Of a stretch of 64,000 bases of DNA, positions 17,555 through 26,228 are shown in pieces; the stretch's first letter is position 1; the number at the start of each line of letters is the position of its first letter. The translations under genes were made by a program, and so were the position numbers. The stretch is from positions 138,947 through 202,946 of the forward strand of contig JAXLWK010000005.1 in NCBI GenBank assembly GCA_046328525.1. Reading direction: 5' to 3'. This DNA is from Anaerolineae bacterium. Its GTDB lineage: Bacteria; Chloroflexota; Anaerolineae; Epilineales; JAHCIE01. Below the pieces are notes generated by a model, which saw only the letters and a program-made list of their open reading frames with translations, did no database searches and had not been told where the DNA came from.

Positions 17555-17926
17555 ATGTCTAATGCCAAGTCCCCCGCGCCGGGCAGGCAGCTCGAGATGA
17601 TGTTCCTGCGCATCGCCGACAGCGGCGAGCAGCAGACGTACTCCGACCTCATCGAGCGCGGCCTGCGCCACACCGCCGCCGCCTACGCCTCCCAGAAAGT
17701 CTACCGCCTGTTCATGGAGCTGGCCGACCTGGCCGAGATCGTCGGCGTCCTGCCGCCGGCCGAGACGGCGCGCCCGCCGCTCATCATCGGCAGCTCGCCC
17801 CAGGCCGCCCACCGCGCCCGCATGCGCGGCAAGCTGCGTGTTCTCGGTCGGGACGAGCGGGAGGTAAGGAATGACGAGGCTCGCGCATCTCAATTTGGTG
17901 GAAGGGCAAATCATCCAAAAGAATGA
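17555..17926 (+). CDS. hypothetical protein (123 aa), putatively SOS-regulated
   Basis: Third-position G/C is strongly enriched in this frame over the first ~95 codons. SD AAGGAAG lies 6 nt upstream of the ATG. I recognise no family. The antisense ORF 17393-17932 has an Arg/Gly-rich composition typical of artefacts. Confidence 0.6.
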   Translation: MSNAKSPAPGRQLEMMFLRIADSGEQQTYSDLIERGLRHTAAAYASQKVYRLFMELADLAEIVGVLPPAETARPPLIIGSSPQAAHRARMRGKLRVLGRDEREVRNDEARASQFGGRANHPKE

Positions 17927-17990
17927 TGACAAAACACGTTCTATGACATATAATTATTGGCGTAGAGCGTGATTGACAAAGGAATCATTC

Positions 17991-18470
17991 GTGGAGCGAT
18001 ACGGGGTTCTGGACGAGATTGATCAGCAGATTGTGGCCTTGCTCCTGGCGAACGGCCGGGCGAGCCACGCCGAGATCGGTCGCTCCGTTGGCCTCACCGC
18101 CTCGTCGGTGTACGAGCGGGTGCGCAAGCTCGAAGAGCGCGGCGTCATCCTGGGCTACACGGCGATAGTGGACCCGGCCAAGCTCGGTAAGCCCCTGCTG
18201 GCGTTCATCCGCGTCAGCAGCCTGGCGGACCCGGCCCACTTCGAGGAGACGGTGCGCGATCACCCCAACGTCCTCGAGTGCTACGACGTGACCGGCGAGG
18301 ACAGCTACATCATGCGCGTGCGCGCGTCGGACACGACGGACCTGCACCAGACGATCATGAAGATCCGCCAGGCGGCGGCGGGCGCGACCACGATCACCAT
18401 GATCGCGCTGCACACCGTCAAAGAGCTTCAGTCACTGCCTTCGTCAAGCGTTCGACTGACGACCGAATGA
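17991..18470 (+). CDS. Lrp/AsnC family transcriptional regulator
   Basis: LDEIDQQIVALLLANGRASHAEIGRSVGLTASSVYERVRKLEERGVI (HTH) followed by an RAM/ACT-like domain. The start is either GTG 17991 (after AAAGGA) or TTG 17973. A near-consensus promoter ATGACA-N17-TATAAT lies just upstream. Confidence 0.85.
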   Translation: MERYGVLDEIDQQIVALLLANGRASHAEIGRSVGLTASSVYERVRKLEERGVILGYTAIVDPAKLGKPLLAFIRVSSLADPAHFEETVRDHPNVLECYDVTGEDSYIMRVRASDTTDLHQTIMKIRQAAAGATTITMIALHTVKELQSLPSSSVRLTTE

Positions 18471-18542
18471 CATCCAACGGGCCACTGGCCCAACACATTT
18501 ATTCGACAGATACGCAAGCAAGCAATTAAAAGGAGGTTTGTC

Positions 18543-18704
18543 ATGCGTCTCAATCCGAACGAGAGGAATTATCCAGCCTTCAACGACCAGCCGCACGAGC
18601 GGCCGGTCCTCAGCAACGCGGGCACGAACCGCGCGCTGCTGGCGCTGGCGGGCATTGTCGGCGGCACGGGCCTCCTGGCCGTCGTCGTCTCGATGCTCCA
18701 CTAA
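18543..18704 (+). CDS. small membrane protein (53 aa), not in the ORF track
   Basis: ATG lies 6 nt after a strong SD AAGGAGG. Translation is MRLNPNERNYPAFNDQPHERPVLSNAGTNRALLALAGIVGGTGLLAVVVSMLH, with one C-terminal TM helix, G/C-rich third positions and a terminator hairpin downstream. Confidence 0.5.
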   Translation: MRLNPNERNYPAFNDQPHERPVLSNAGTNRALLALAGIVGGTGLLAVVVSMLH

Positions 18705-18728
18705 TCCTGCTCCGACAACACAACAGAC

Positions 18729-18760
18729 CGCCGCCACCGGGCCGTTTCCCGGTGGCGGCG
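18729..18760. terminator. hairpin terminator between convergent genes
   Basis: cgccgccaccggg - ccgttt - cccggtggcggcg (13-bp stem), followed by attgcattt. Confidence 0.6.
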
Positions 18761-18785
18761 ATTGCATTTCCCCTCACGGCATGGT

Positions 18786-19451
18786 TTAGCCTTCGTTGTA
18801 CTGCACAATCTCCGCCAGCGGCTTGCGCGTCAGGTCGGGCACCTGGGCGTCGGCCGCCGGGTAGCCGACCGGGATCACCACGAAGGCGCGCTCGTTGGCC
18901 GGGCGGTGGAGCAGCTCGTTGAGGAAACCCATCGGGCTGGGCGTGTGCGTCAGCGTCGCCAGCCCGGCGGTGTGGGCCGCCGCCAAAAACAGGCCCACCG
19001 CAATCCCGACCGACTCGTTCACATAGTAGTGCTTGCGCACGCTGCCGTCGGGCCGCCGGTCGTAGTCCACGCGGAAGATGATGACCACGGCCGGCGCAAT
19101 CTCCAGGAACTCCTTGTGCCAGTCCGTCCCCAGCGGCGCCAGGTCCGCCAGCCACTCCGGCGTCGCCCGCCGCTCGTAGAACTCCCGTTCCTCCGCCTCC
19201 GCCGCCGCCCGCAGCCGCCGCTTCAGCTCCGCGTCCGTGACGACGACGAAGCGCCAGGGCTGCTGGTGCGCGCCCGACGGCGCGGTGCCGGCCGTGCGGA
19301 TCAGCGTCTCCAGCAGGCCCGGCGGCAAGGGGTCGGGCGCGAACTGGCGCACCGTGCGGCGGCGATTCATGAGGGCGTAGAACGCATCGGCGCGCCGCTG
19401 GCTCTCCTCCGCGCGTAGGCGTTCGAAGGTGAGGGGGACGAATTTGGGCAT
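18786..19451 (-). CDS. nitroreductase-family flavoprotein (iodotyrosine-deiodinase/BluB-like subgroup)
   Basis: RRTVRQFAPDPLPPGLLETLIRTAGTAPSGAHQQPWRFVVV and the C-terminal THTPSPMGFLNELL...VIPVGYP are typical of the family. ATG at 19451. Confidence 0.8.
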   Translation of the reverse strand: MPKFVPLTFERLRAEESQRRADAFYALMNRRRTVRQFAPDPLPPGLLETLIRTAGTAPSGAHQQPWRFVVVTDAELKRRLRAAAEAEEREFYERRATPEWLADLAPLGTDWHKEFLEIAPAVVIIFRVDYDRRPDGSVRKHYYVNESVGIAVGLFLAAAHTAGLATLTHTPSPMGFLNELLHRPANERAFVVIPVGYPAADAQVPDLTRKPLAEIVQYNEG

Positions 19452-19530
19452 GGCGTGGCTCCCGTAGTAATATCCTTGTATCACGGGCTGATTTTATACT
19501 ATAGCCCCGTCCATTCCGCAAGGAGCGCAC

Positions 19531-20559
19531 ATGACCGACTGGCTGGCCCGCGCCATGGCCGAAGGAACCCCCCTCATTGACGGCGCTACGGCGACGTTCG
19601 TCTGGGCAGGCGAGACAGCGCCCACCATCCGCAGCGACATGACCGGCTGGTGGCCGGGCGCCGAGCCGTGGCGCATGACCCAGGCGGCGCCCGGCGTCTG
19701 GACCTATAGCCGCGAGTTTCCCGACGACGCCTACCTCGAGTACGGCTACTTCGAGGGCGAGGCGCGGCGGCTCGACCCGTTCAGCCGCCGCCTCATGCCC
19801 AACGGCGTCGGCTCGATCAACAACTACCTGGCGATGCCCCACGCCTTCGACGGCGCTCAGAACATGCCGCGGCCGGGCGTCCCGGTCGGCCAGGTGATCG
19901 GCGACGACATCTCGGCGCCGACGCTCACGGGCGGACACCGCAGCCTCGCCCTCTACCGGCCCGCCGCGCCCGGCCCGTACCCCCTGCTCGTCGTCTTCGA
20001 CGGCAAGGACTACCTCGAGCGCGCCCTTCTGCCCATCCTGCTGGACAACATGATCGCCGACGGCGCGATCCCGCCCCTCGCCGCTGTCATGGTCAACAAT
20101 CACCCCGAGGCGCGCATCGCCGAGTACGCCAGCAGCGAAGCCACCCTCACCTTCCTTGTAGATACGCTCCTGCCGTGGGTCGGCGAGCGCGTCCCGCTCG
20201 TGGACACGCCCGGCGCCCACGCTGTCGCCGGGGCGAGCATGGGCGGCCTCATGGCGCTGTTCGCCGGCCTGCGCCAGCCGGACCTGTTCGGCCACGTCCT
20301 GAGCCAGTCCGGGGCGTTCGGCTGGCGCGGCAACCAGCTCATCTTCACCCTGGCCGAACTCACCCCGCGCCCGCCGGTGCGCGTCTACCTGAGCGTCGGC
20401 GAGTACGAGTGGCTCTACAAGCCGAACCTGCGGATGCGCGACACCCTGCGCGATGCCGGCTACGATTATCAGTATCGCGCCTTCCACGCCGGCCACAACT
20501 ACGCCGCCTGGGCGCTGGACCTCCCCCGCGGCCTGACCTGGCTGTATGGAAACAAGTAG
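19531..20559 (+). CDS. esterase-family protein (enterochelin-esterase-like, N-terminal beta-sandwich plus alpha/beta hydrolase)
   Basis: YPLLVVFDGKDY and GASMGGLMALFAGLRQPDLF (GxSxG nucleophile elbow). SD AAGGAG. Confidence 0.8.
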   Translation: MTDWLARAMAEGTPLIDGATATFVWAGETAPTIRSDMTGWWPGAEPWRMTQAAPGVWTYSREFPDDAYLEYGYFEGEARRLDPFSRRLMPNGVGSINNYLAMPHAFDGAQNMPRPGVPVGQVIGDDISAPTLTGGHRSLALYRPAAPGPYPLLVVFDGKDYLERALLPILLDNMIADGAIPPLAAVMVNNHPEARIAEYASSEATLTFLVDTLLPWVGERVPLVDTPGAHAVAGASMGGLMALFAGLRQPDLFGHVLSQSGAFGWRGNQLIFTLAELTPRPPVRVYLSVGEYEWLYKPNLRMRDTLRDAGYDYQYRAFHAGHNYAAWALDLPRGLTWLYGNK

Positions 20560-20584
20560 GGGCAGGTTTGAAACCTGCCCCTAC
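20556..20584. repeat. 29-bp palindrome GTAGGGGCAGGTTTGAAACCTGCCCCTAC
   Basis: Variant of the 11087 and 59206 element. It overlaps the TAG stop of the esterase gene and lies between convergent genes. Confidence 0.85.
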
Positions 20585-20585
20585 T

Positions 20586-21032
20586 TCAATCGCTACTTAG
20601 CGCCCGGCGCATCGTGACGGTGTACAGGCCGTAGCCCAGGGCGTGATAGAAGGCGTGGGCATGGGTGTTGCGCCACGCTGTGAGCAGCACCATCTGCTGC
20701 GCCCCCGCTGCCCGCGCCTCCGCCTCGATATGCCGCACCAGGGCGCGACCGACGCCGTGGTGGCGGTACGCCTCCTCCACGAACAGTTCGCTCAGCTCGG
20801 CGTAGGGGACGGGGTCGAGTATCTGGGGCAGCAGGCGCAGCGAGGCCAGCCCCACCACCTGCCCCTCGACCTCGGCCACGTAGAGCGTCTCCACCGGCGA
20901 GCCGGCGGCGAGTTGCGCGGCGATGGTGTCCTCCGTGCTGCGCAGATCGTTGAACGCCAGGTTGAGGCGAACGATGTCGGCGGCATCGGCGGCTGCGGCG
21001 CGGCGAATCGTGACCGGGGGAGGAGTAGTCAT
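20586..21032 (-). CDS. GNAT family N-acetyltransferase
   Basis: Acetyl-CoA binding motif RHHGVGRALVRHIEAEARAAG followed by FYHALGY. ATG at 21032 avoids overlap with the upstream gene. Confidence 0.8.
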   Translation of the reverse strand: MTTPPPVTIRRAAAADAADIVRLNLAFNDLRSTEDTIAAQLAAGSPVETLYVAEVEGQVVGLASLRLLPQILDPVPYAELSELFVEEAYRHHGVGRALVRHIEAEARAAGAQQMVLLTAWRNTHAHAFYHALGYGLYTVTMRRALSSD

Positions 21033-21060
21033 CAGCGTCCCCTGCGAACTATACTCATCG

Positions 21061-22563
21061 CTATTCGATGGCCGGACCACGCTCATCTAACAATGAGCGT
21101 TCGAGAAGAACCGCCAGGGCATCGCGTTGCGAGAACTCATCCTGCACGACATAGGATGTTCGCGCGGCCTGAAGGCCCGTCAGCAATTGCACATCTTCGG
21201 CTTCGTGGATGTGGGACATGACCAGCCAGACGCGCGAATGTCCTGCTGTGTCGCGCTGGATTTCGTCAATTTTCGCGCTCAGCGGCCAATCACGAAACCA
21301 GCTTCCATAGGCTGTGGAATGCCTGGGGAGGGGTTCGTAGAGGCGATAGGCGGGCGCAGCGCCATAGTACACGTAGATCTCATCGTCGGGCTGAGCATGG
21401 GCATTGACATACGCGATAACGGGCCGCAGGTCCTCACGCGGCAGATCCAGCCACGGATTGGGAAGGAGGGAGAGATTGGGTGAGAACGCGACGCCCACGC
21501 CCACGACAAACACGCCGGCAGTCAGCCCTAGCAGCCTGTGCGTGCGCCACAGAACGATGAGGGCCAGCGCAAGGCACAGAATGAGCAGCGGCAGCAGTGG
21601 GAGCGAGTAGCGGGTTCCAAAATAGAACAGGCCGGCCAGATCGCTGATGTAGAGGACGAGCAGCAACGTCAGCCCAACCCCGACCACGGCGCGATACCTG
21701 GCCCGCGCCCGCCAGGCGGCGATACCGCCGAGCAGGATCAGCGCAGCGAGAATGACGGAGATGATTTGCGGCGCATCCCCGAAGAGGGTTGTCTGAAAGC
21801 GGATGACGCCCTCCCATACCCCCTGGGCGAAGTTGGCCCAGACGGCCTGCCACGTGTCCCCCAGCTGAGGAGTATCCGCCTCAGCCGCTCGAAGGCGGCT
21901 CTGGTATTCATACTGCGGGACGGCAAAGGCCACTGCGAGAATCACGAGCAGCGCCAGGAGAGCGGCGTAATGGAGCGCCAGCCGCTGCCACTGGCCCCTG
22001 TCGCGCCGTTGCCATGTTTGCAGGAGTAGCCATCCTTCGAGGACAAGGATGAGCCACGCCAGTCCATAGTACGTGTATAGGCTCACAAGCGTGACGACGG
22101 TTGCGAGCAGCCAGTCCGACGCACGATTTCGTCGGGCAACGCGCTCGAAGGCAATCAAGAGCGCCAGGCTGAGGCAAATAACGGCGCTATACTGGCTGAC
22201 CTCCTGGGAGTAATAGACCGCCACAGGGCTGATTGCCAGAAGCGCAGCGGCCACCACCCCCACGCGCCTGGAACCAAGCTCAGCGCACCAGAGATACATC
22301 AGGAACACGGCCGCCGCCCCGAACAGGGCCGATGGCAGGCGAAGCATGGCTTCAACGGTCGAGAGTCTCGACAGCGGCGCGATCAGCAGGCGATATAGCG
22401 GCGGGTCAGGCCCCTCCACGAGCCAGACCACCTGCGGCCAGGGCGTCATGGCGCGTCGAATCTCGAGCGCCTCGTCGAACCAGTAGCTCGGCGCGCCAAG
22501 GTGATAGAGTCGCAGCGCGAGGCCGGCGAGCGTTAGTGCCAGGGCCAGACGTGTGTAGCGCAT
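21061..22563 (-). CDS. GT-C fold membrane glycosyltransferase (ArnT/PMT-like, family 39/83 type)
   Basis: N-terminus RLALALTLAGLALRLYHLGAPSYWFDEA, then about 11 TM segments and a soluble C-terminal domain. Confidence 0.75.
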   Translation of the reverse strand: MRYTRLALALTLAGLALRLYHLGAPSYWFDEALEIRRAMTPWPQVVWLVEGPDPPLYRLLIAPLSRLSTVEAMLRLPSALFGAAAVFLMYLWCAELGSRRVGVVAAALLAISPVAVYYSQEVSQYSAVICLSLALLIAFERVARRNRASDWLLATVVTLVSLYTYYGLAWLILVLEGWLLLQTWQRRDRGQWQRLALHYAALLALLVILAVAFAVPQYEYQSRLRAAEADTPQLGDTWQAVWANFAQGVWEGVIRFQTTLFGDAPQIISVILAALILLGGIAAWRARARYRAVVGVGLTLLLVLYISDLAGLFYFGTRYSLPLLPLLILCLALALIVLWRTHRLLGLTAGVFVVGVGVAFSPNLSLLPNPWLDLPREDLRPVIAYVNAHAQPDDEIYVYYGAAPAYRLYEPLPRHSTAYGSWFRDWPLSAKIDEIQRDTAGHSRVWLVMSHIHEAEDVQLLTGLQAARTSYVVQDEFSQRDALAVLLERSLLDERGPAIE

Positions 22564-22564
22564 G

Positions 22565-23110
22565 TTACACTTCGGCGTTCGGTGCGAGGCGGCGCATGAA
22601 CATGTCGCACGGCGTCAGCAGGATGAGGGCGATGATCCAGACCATGTTAGGAATAGTGTCCAGGTGGGCAATATACGTGACAATGAGCGACCAGCTGTTG
22701 AACCACCACAGCATGGCCGCAAGCAGGCCGGCCAGCCACTGGCGATACTGCGCGTAGATCAGCCAGATGACCAACCCTATCGCAACCTGGGACACCAGGA
22801 AGACGATGCGCCAGGCGGCAAGCCAACTCGCGTAATCCCGTAATCCCAGGGCCTGACTGCCGGCCGAGAGGGCGTAGAACAAGGGGAAGTAGGTGGCGTA
22901 CTTGTCGTTTTCCAGCATATCCCCCGTGAGAATCCGAGTGTACGGATCCTCACCTTGAAGAATACGGCTGCCCTCGACCCACGAATAGTAAATGTCGCGG
23001 CCTTCGGTGTCCGCGCCCCAAAGCCGCGTGTGCGCATAGAGCGCTATCCCGACCAGAAGGATGAGGCTGGCAATGAGACCCACGCGGCGGGCCGACGGAT
23101 GCGTGAGCAT
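22565..23110 (-). CDS. integral membrane protein (181 aa), resembles the N-terminal part of DUF2029/GT87-like glycosyltransferases
   Basis: Four to five TM helices and the motif DKYATYFPLFYALSAG. Its stop lies 1 nt before the start of the ArnT-like gene. Confidence 0.55.
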   Translation of the reverse strand: MLTHPSARRVGLIASLILLVGIALYAHTRLWGADTEGRDIYYSWVEGSRILQGEDPYTRILTGDMLENDKYATYFPLFYALSAGSQALGLRDYASWLAAWRIVFLVSQVAIGLVIWLIYAQYRQWLAGLLAAMLWWFNSWSLIVTYIAHLDTIPNMVWIIALILLTPCDMFMRRLAPNAEV

Positions 23111-23117
23111 CGTTCGT

Positions 23118-23807
23118 TCAGGACCGCGCATTGCTTAGGCGAGCCTGCACCGCGTCGCTTTGCAGCTCGCGCAGGGCATCGGCGGCAATCCAGCGCGCGG
23201 CGCGCGAGTCCAGGCGTTGGATGTCCCGCGCCGCTGCGATAGCCGCGACGTTCAGGCGCGGGTTGCGCTTGCCGACGTTGCGCAGCGCCCAGTTGACCGC
23301 CTTCTTGACGAAGTTGCGCTCATCCGTCGCCGCAGCCGCCATGAGCGGAAACGTGGCGATGAACCGCTCGTCCGCCGCCGTCTTGTCGTGCCACGCCAGC
23401 CCGGCGATCATGGCGAAAGCCGCGCGGCGGACGTATTCCTCATCGCGCGCCGCCCACGCGTAGATCTTCTGCCAGACGAACGGCGTCTTCTCGAACAGGT
23501 TGCCGCACACCTGGTCGCACACATCCCATGAGTTGAAATCAGCGACCCACGCCTCCATCTGCGCGTCGGTCACGGCACGCGGATTGTCAATCATTGCGGC
23601 GACCATCTGGGCGTCAGGAATGCCCGTGTCCCACAGTTGGAGAGCGAGGGCGTGGTCCGTGCCGATGTCTTTGGCAATCTGGCGCATCGTCGGGACAGAG
23701 AGACCCAGGCGGCGCTCCGGCGTCATGCCGAAACGCGCCATCCCGTCAAGCTCGCCCGGCCGCGCCTGCGCCCGCAGCCTCGCCATCACCTCATCCAAGG
23801 TAGCCAT
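23118..23807 (-). CDS. DNA alkylation repair protein (AlkD/AlkC-like HEAT-repeat family)
   Basis: MRQIAKDIGTDHALALQLWDTGIPDAQMVAAMI...FNSWDVCDQVC...KKAVNWALRNVGKRN. Confidence 0.8.
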   Translation of the reverse strand: MATLDEVMARLRAQARPGELDGMARFGMTPERRLGLSVPTMRQIAKDIGTDHALALQLWDTGIPDAQMVAAMIDNPRAVTDAQMEAWVADFNSWDVCDQVCGNLFEKTPFVWQKIYAWAARDEEYVRRAAFAMIAGLAWHDKTAADERFIATFPLMAAAATDERNFVKKAVNWALRNVGKRNPRLNVAAIAAARDIQRLDSRAARWIAADALRELQSDAVQARLSNARS

Positions 23808-23853
23808 ATCACCTTCTAGCCGAGCCTGCGACACCTGGTCTCAAAGATGAGAC

Positions 23854-23928
23854 AACGCAAAGACGCAAAGGCGCAAAGAGATCAAATCTCCGAGCATTCT
23901 TCCTTGGCGTCCCTGCGCCTTTGCGTTT
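23854..23928. repeat. GCGCAAAGG-type palindromic repeat
   Basis: aacgcaaagacgcaaaggcgcaaagag ... ggcgtccctgcgcctttgcgttt. Related copies are at 31868-31960, 46022-46062 (half) and 49960-49990 (half). Confidence 0.7.
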
Positions 23929-23950
23929 CATAAATCTCTTCTCTTCGCCT

Positions 23951-23986
23951 CCTCACCCACATTGGGAGAGGGGGAGGGGGTGAGGG
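23951..23986. repeat. GGGAGAGG-type palindromic repeat
   Basis: cctcacccacattgggagagggggagggggtgaggg. Confidence 0.7.
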
Positions 23987-23990
23987 AGAC

Positions 23991-24764
23991 CTATCGCGGC
24001 GGGATCGTCGGCTTGGTCAGCTCCGGATTGGCCGACATCCAACATTCCCCAACGCCGCCGTCGGGGCAAATCACGCGCCACCACGCCTTGTCGGCGCTCG
24101 CCCCCGTGACCCTGGCAATCTGCCCCTCGTACACGACACCGATCTTGGGGGCGCGCTCCGCCGGGCCGCCGCGAATCACAACGTTGTCCAGGGCCATGAC
24201 AAACTTCACGTCCGTCGGTTGCGCCTGGCTGGTGGCAGGGGCCGCCGTCGGACCGGCCGGGGGCTGCGCCGGCTTCGTGAGGCTCGGATCACCGGACATC
24301 CAGCAGTTCCCCGGCGTCTCGTTAGCGCACATCACGCGCCACCAGCGGCGGTCCGGGCTGACGCCCGTCACTTTCACGAGCTGCCCCGCCGCCACCTGCC
24401 CGATGCGCTTGTAGTCCGGACCTGGCCCATCCCGCATCACAACCTCGTCCACCGTCGTGATGAACGTCACGTCGGGCGAGAGCGGCGGAGGCGTCGGCGT
24501 GATGGTCGGCGCGGCGGTCGGGGGGATGGCGGTCGGCGCGGGCGTGTTCGTGGGCGGGGCAGTCGGCGTCGCGGGGACAGCGGTCGGCGCGAGGGTCGGC
24601 GCGGCGAGCACGGCGCTCGTCGGCGCCAGCGCCACCGGCGAGACGGCGGCGGGCGGTGTCGCGCTCGTCGTCCCGCCCTGGGTGAGGAAAGACGGCATGC
24701 AGCCGGCCAGCGCCAGCAGCGCCAGCAGCGCAGCAAGTGCCCAGAGATGGGTGAAAGGTCTCAT
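23991..24764 (-). CDS. lipoprotein with two SH3b-like repeats
   Basis: Lipobox LALAGC and a Pro/Thr/Ala linker. Two about 60-aa repeats follow (VVMRDGPGPDYKRIGQVAAGQLVKVTG...WWRVMC...CWMSGDPSLTKP and VVIRGGPAERAPKIGVVYEGQIARVTG...WWRVIC...CWMSANPELTKP). Confidence 0.75.
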   Translation of the reverse strand: MRPFTHLWALAALLALLALAGCMPSFLTQGGTTSATPPAAVSPVALAPTSAVLAAPTLAPTAVPATPTAPPTNTPAPTAIPPTAAPTITPTPPPLSPDVTFITTVDEVVMRDGPGPDYKRIGQVAAGQLVKVTGVSPDRRWWRVMCANETPGNCWMSGDPSLTKPAQPPAGPTAAPATSQAQPTDVKFVMALDNVVIRGGPAERAPKIGVVYEGQIARVTGASADKAWWRVICPDGGVGECWMSANPELTKPTIPPR

Positions 24765-24820
24765 CGTCGGTGTCCTTAGAGGCCTCACGATATCAAACGA
24801 TTCTCTCACCTAAAACGTTC

Positions 24821-26123
24821 GATAGTGTAACATTGTTTCTGTAAGATGAGTTGGCCGCCGAGTTGAAAAGGCGGTAGGTCAGGGTGTATCCTACGGGTTG
24901 CCAAACACCGAAAGGAGACGAGACCATGACCTACCAACCGAATTATAGCCTACCCGTCGAGCTTGTGGAACTGGCCGCCGCGCAGGGCCTCGACGCCCTG
25001 CCTGAGGTGCTGCGCATCGTGATCAATGCGGCCATGACGGCCGAGCGGCAGAAGTTCCTGGGGGCTGAACCTTACCAACGCAGCGAGGAGCGACGCGGCC
25101 ACGCCAACGGCTTCAAGCCCAAGACGGTCAAGACGCGGGGTGGGGTGACCTTTGCCGTGCCGCAGGTGCGTGAAGGGGCTTCTATCACCGCGTTGAAAGA
25201 GCTTGCGTTCTGAGCAGGCGCTGAAGCTGGCGTTGGCCGAGATGTATATCCAGGGGGTCTCGACGCGCAAGGTCACAGCGGTGCTGGAGAAGCTGTGTGC
25301 TTGGGTCTCCAGCATGGAGGTCAGTCGGGCGGTGGCCGCGTTGGACAAGGTGGTGGAGGCGTGGCGCAATCGCCCGTTGGGTGAATTTGTCTACGTCACG
25401 CTCGATGCTCGCTATGAAAGTCACGGCGGGATGGGGCGGTGCGGGACGCGGCGCTGCTGATCGCCACGGGGTCGGCGCAGACGGCAAACGGCGGGTGTTG
25501 GGGGTATCGGTGAGCTTGGGCGAGCATGAAGTCCACTGGCGTACCTTTCTTCAAGAGCTTGGTCGCGCGTGGGCTACGAGGCGTGCAACTCATCGTCAGC
25601 GATGCCCACGAGGGCTTGGGCGCGGCAAGGCGCACGGTCTTTGGCGGAGTGCCGTGGCAACGCTGCCAGTTTCACCTCCAGCAAGAACGCGAGGGCCTAT
25701 GTCCCGCGTGGTGAAGAGGCTGAAGTGGCCGCCGACATTCGCGCCATCTTCAACGCGCCCCATCGTGCCGAGGCCGAGGCCCTGCTAGCCAAGACCGTCC
25801 TCAAGTACGCCAAGACCGCCTCGAAGCTCTCGACGTGGATGGAGGCTAACTTGCCTCAGGGCTTCACAGTCTTTGATCTACCCGAGGCGCATCGACGGCT
25901 GCTGCGCACGACCAACGGCCTGGAACGGGTCAACGAAGAGATCCGTCGGCGCACCCGTGTTGTCGGCATCTTCCCCAACGAGGCGGCGTGTTTGCGCCTG
26001 GCGAGTGCCATCCTCATGGAGATCAGCGATGAGTGGGAGGCCGGCAAAGCCTACTTGACCTTTAAGTCTGCTTAATCCACCAAGGCCCACCCTGGCCTTT
26101 TACAGAACCAAAGTTGCATAATC
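24821..26123 (+). mobile_element. IS256-family insertion sequence (1303 bp), decayed
   Basis: 26-bp imperfect terminal inverted repeats (GATAGTGTAACATTGTTTCTGTAAGA versus the reverse complement GATTATGCAACTTTGGTTCTGTAAAA, 20/26 identical). It is flanked by an 8-bp direct repeat AAACGTTC (24813-24820 and 24124-equivalent right copy at 26124-26131). It contains a mutator-type transposase reading frame. Confidence 0.85.
24926..26075 (+). pseudogene. IS256/mutator-family transposase, disrupted by multiple frameshifts
   Basis: Collinear transposase segments are spread over frames starting at 24884, 25203, 25297, 25526 and 25569 (EMYIQGVSTRKV; DGKRRVLGVSV; RGLRGVQLIVSDAHEGL; WQRCQFH; RLLRTTNGLERVNEEIRRRTRVVGIFPNEAACLRL). 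That implies at least four frame changes. Confidence 0.85.
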
Positions 26124-26228
26124 AAACGTTCCGTGTCAAGATGAAAGGATGGATAAGCTTATTGCATTATCTTAAATGGTGAGGAGTTCGCCGGACAATC
26201 CCGGCAGCCATCAACCCACCGGGGGGAC

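Noticed and set aside
18610-20496. 628-aa ORF on the minus strand
   Set aside because: It runs antisense to the well-supported esterase gene and out of frame through the nitroreductase gene. Its Arg/Gly/Ala/Pro-rich composition with no motifs is typical of open antisense frames in ~70% GC DNA.
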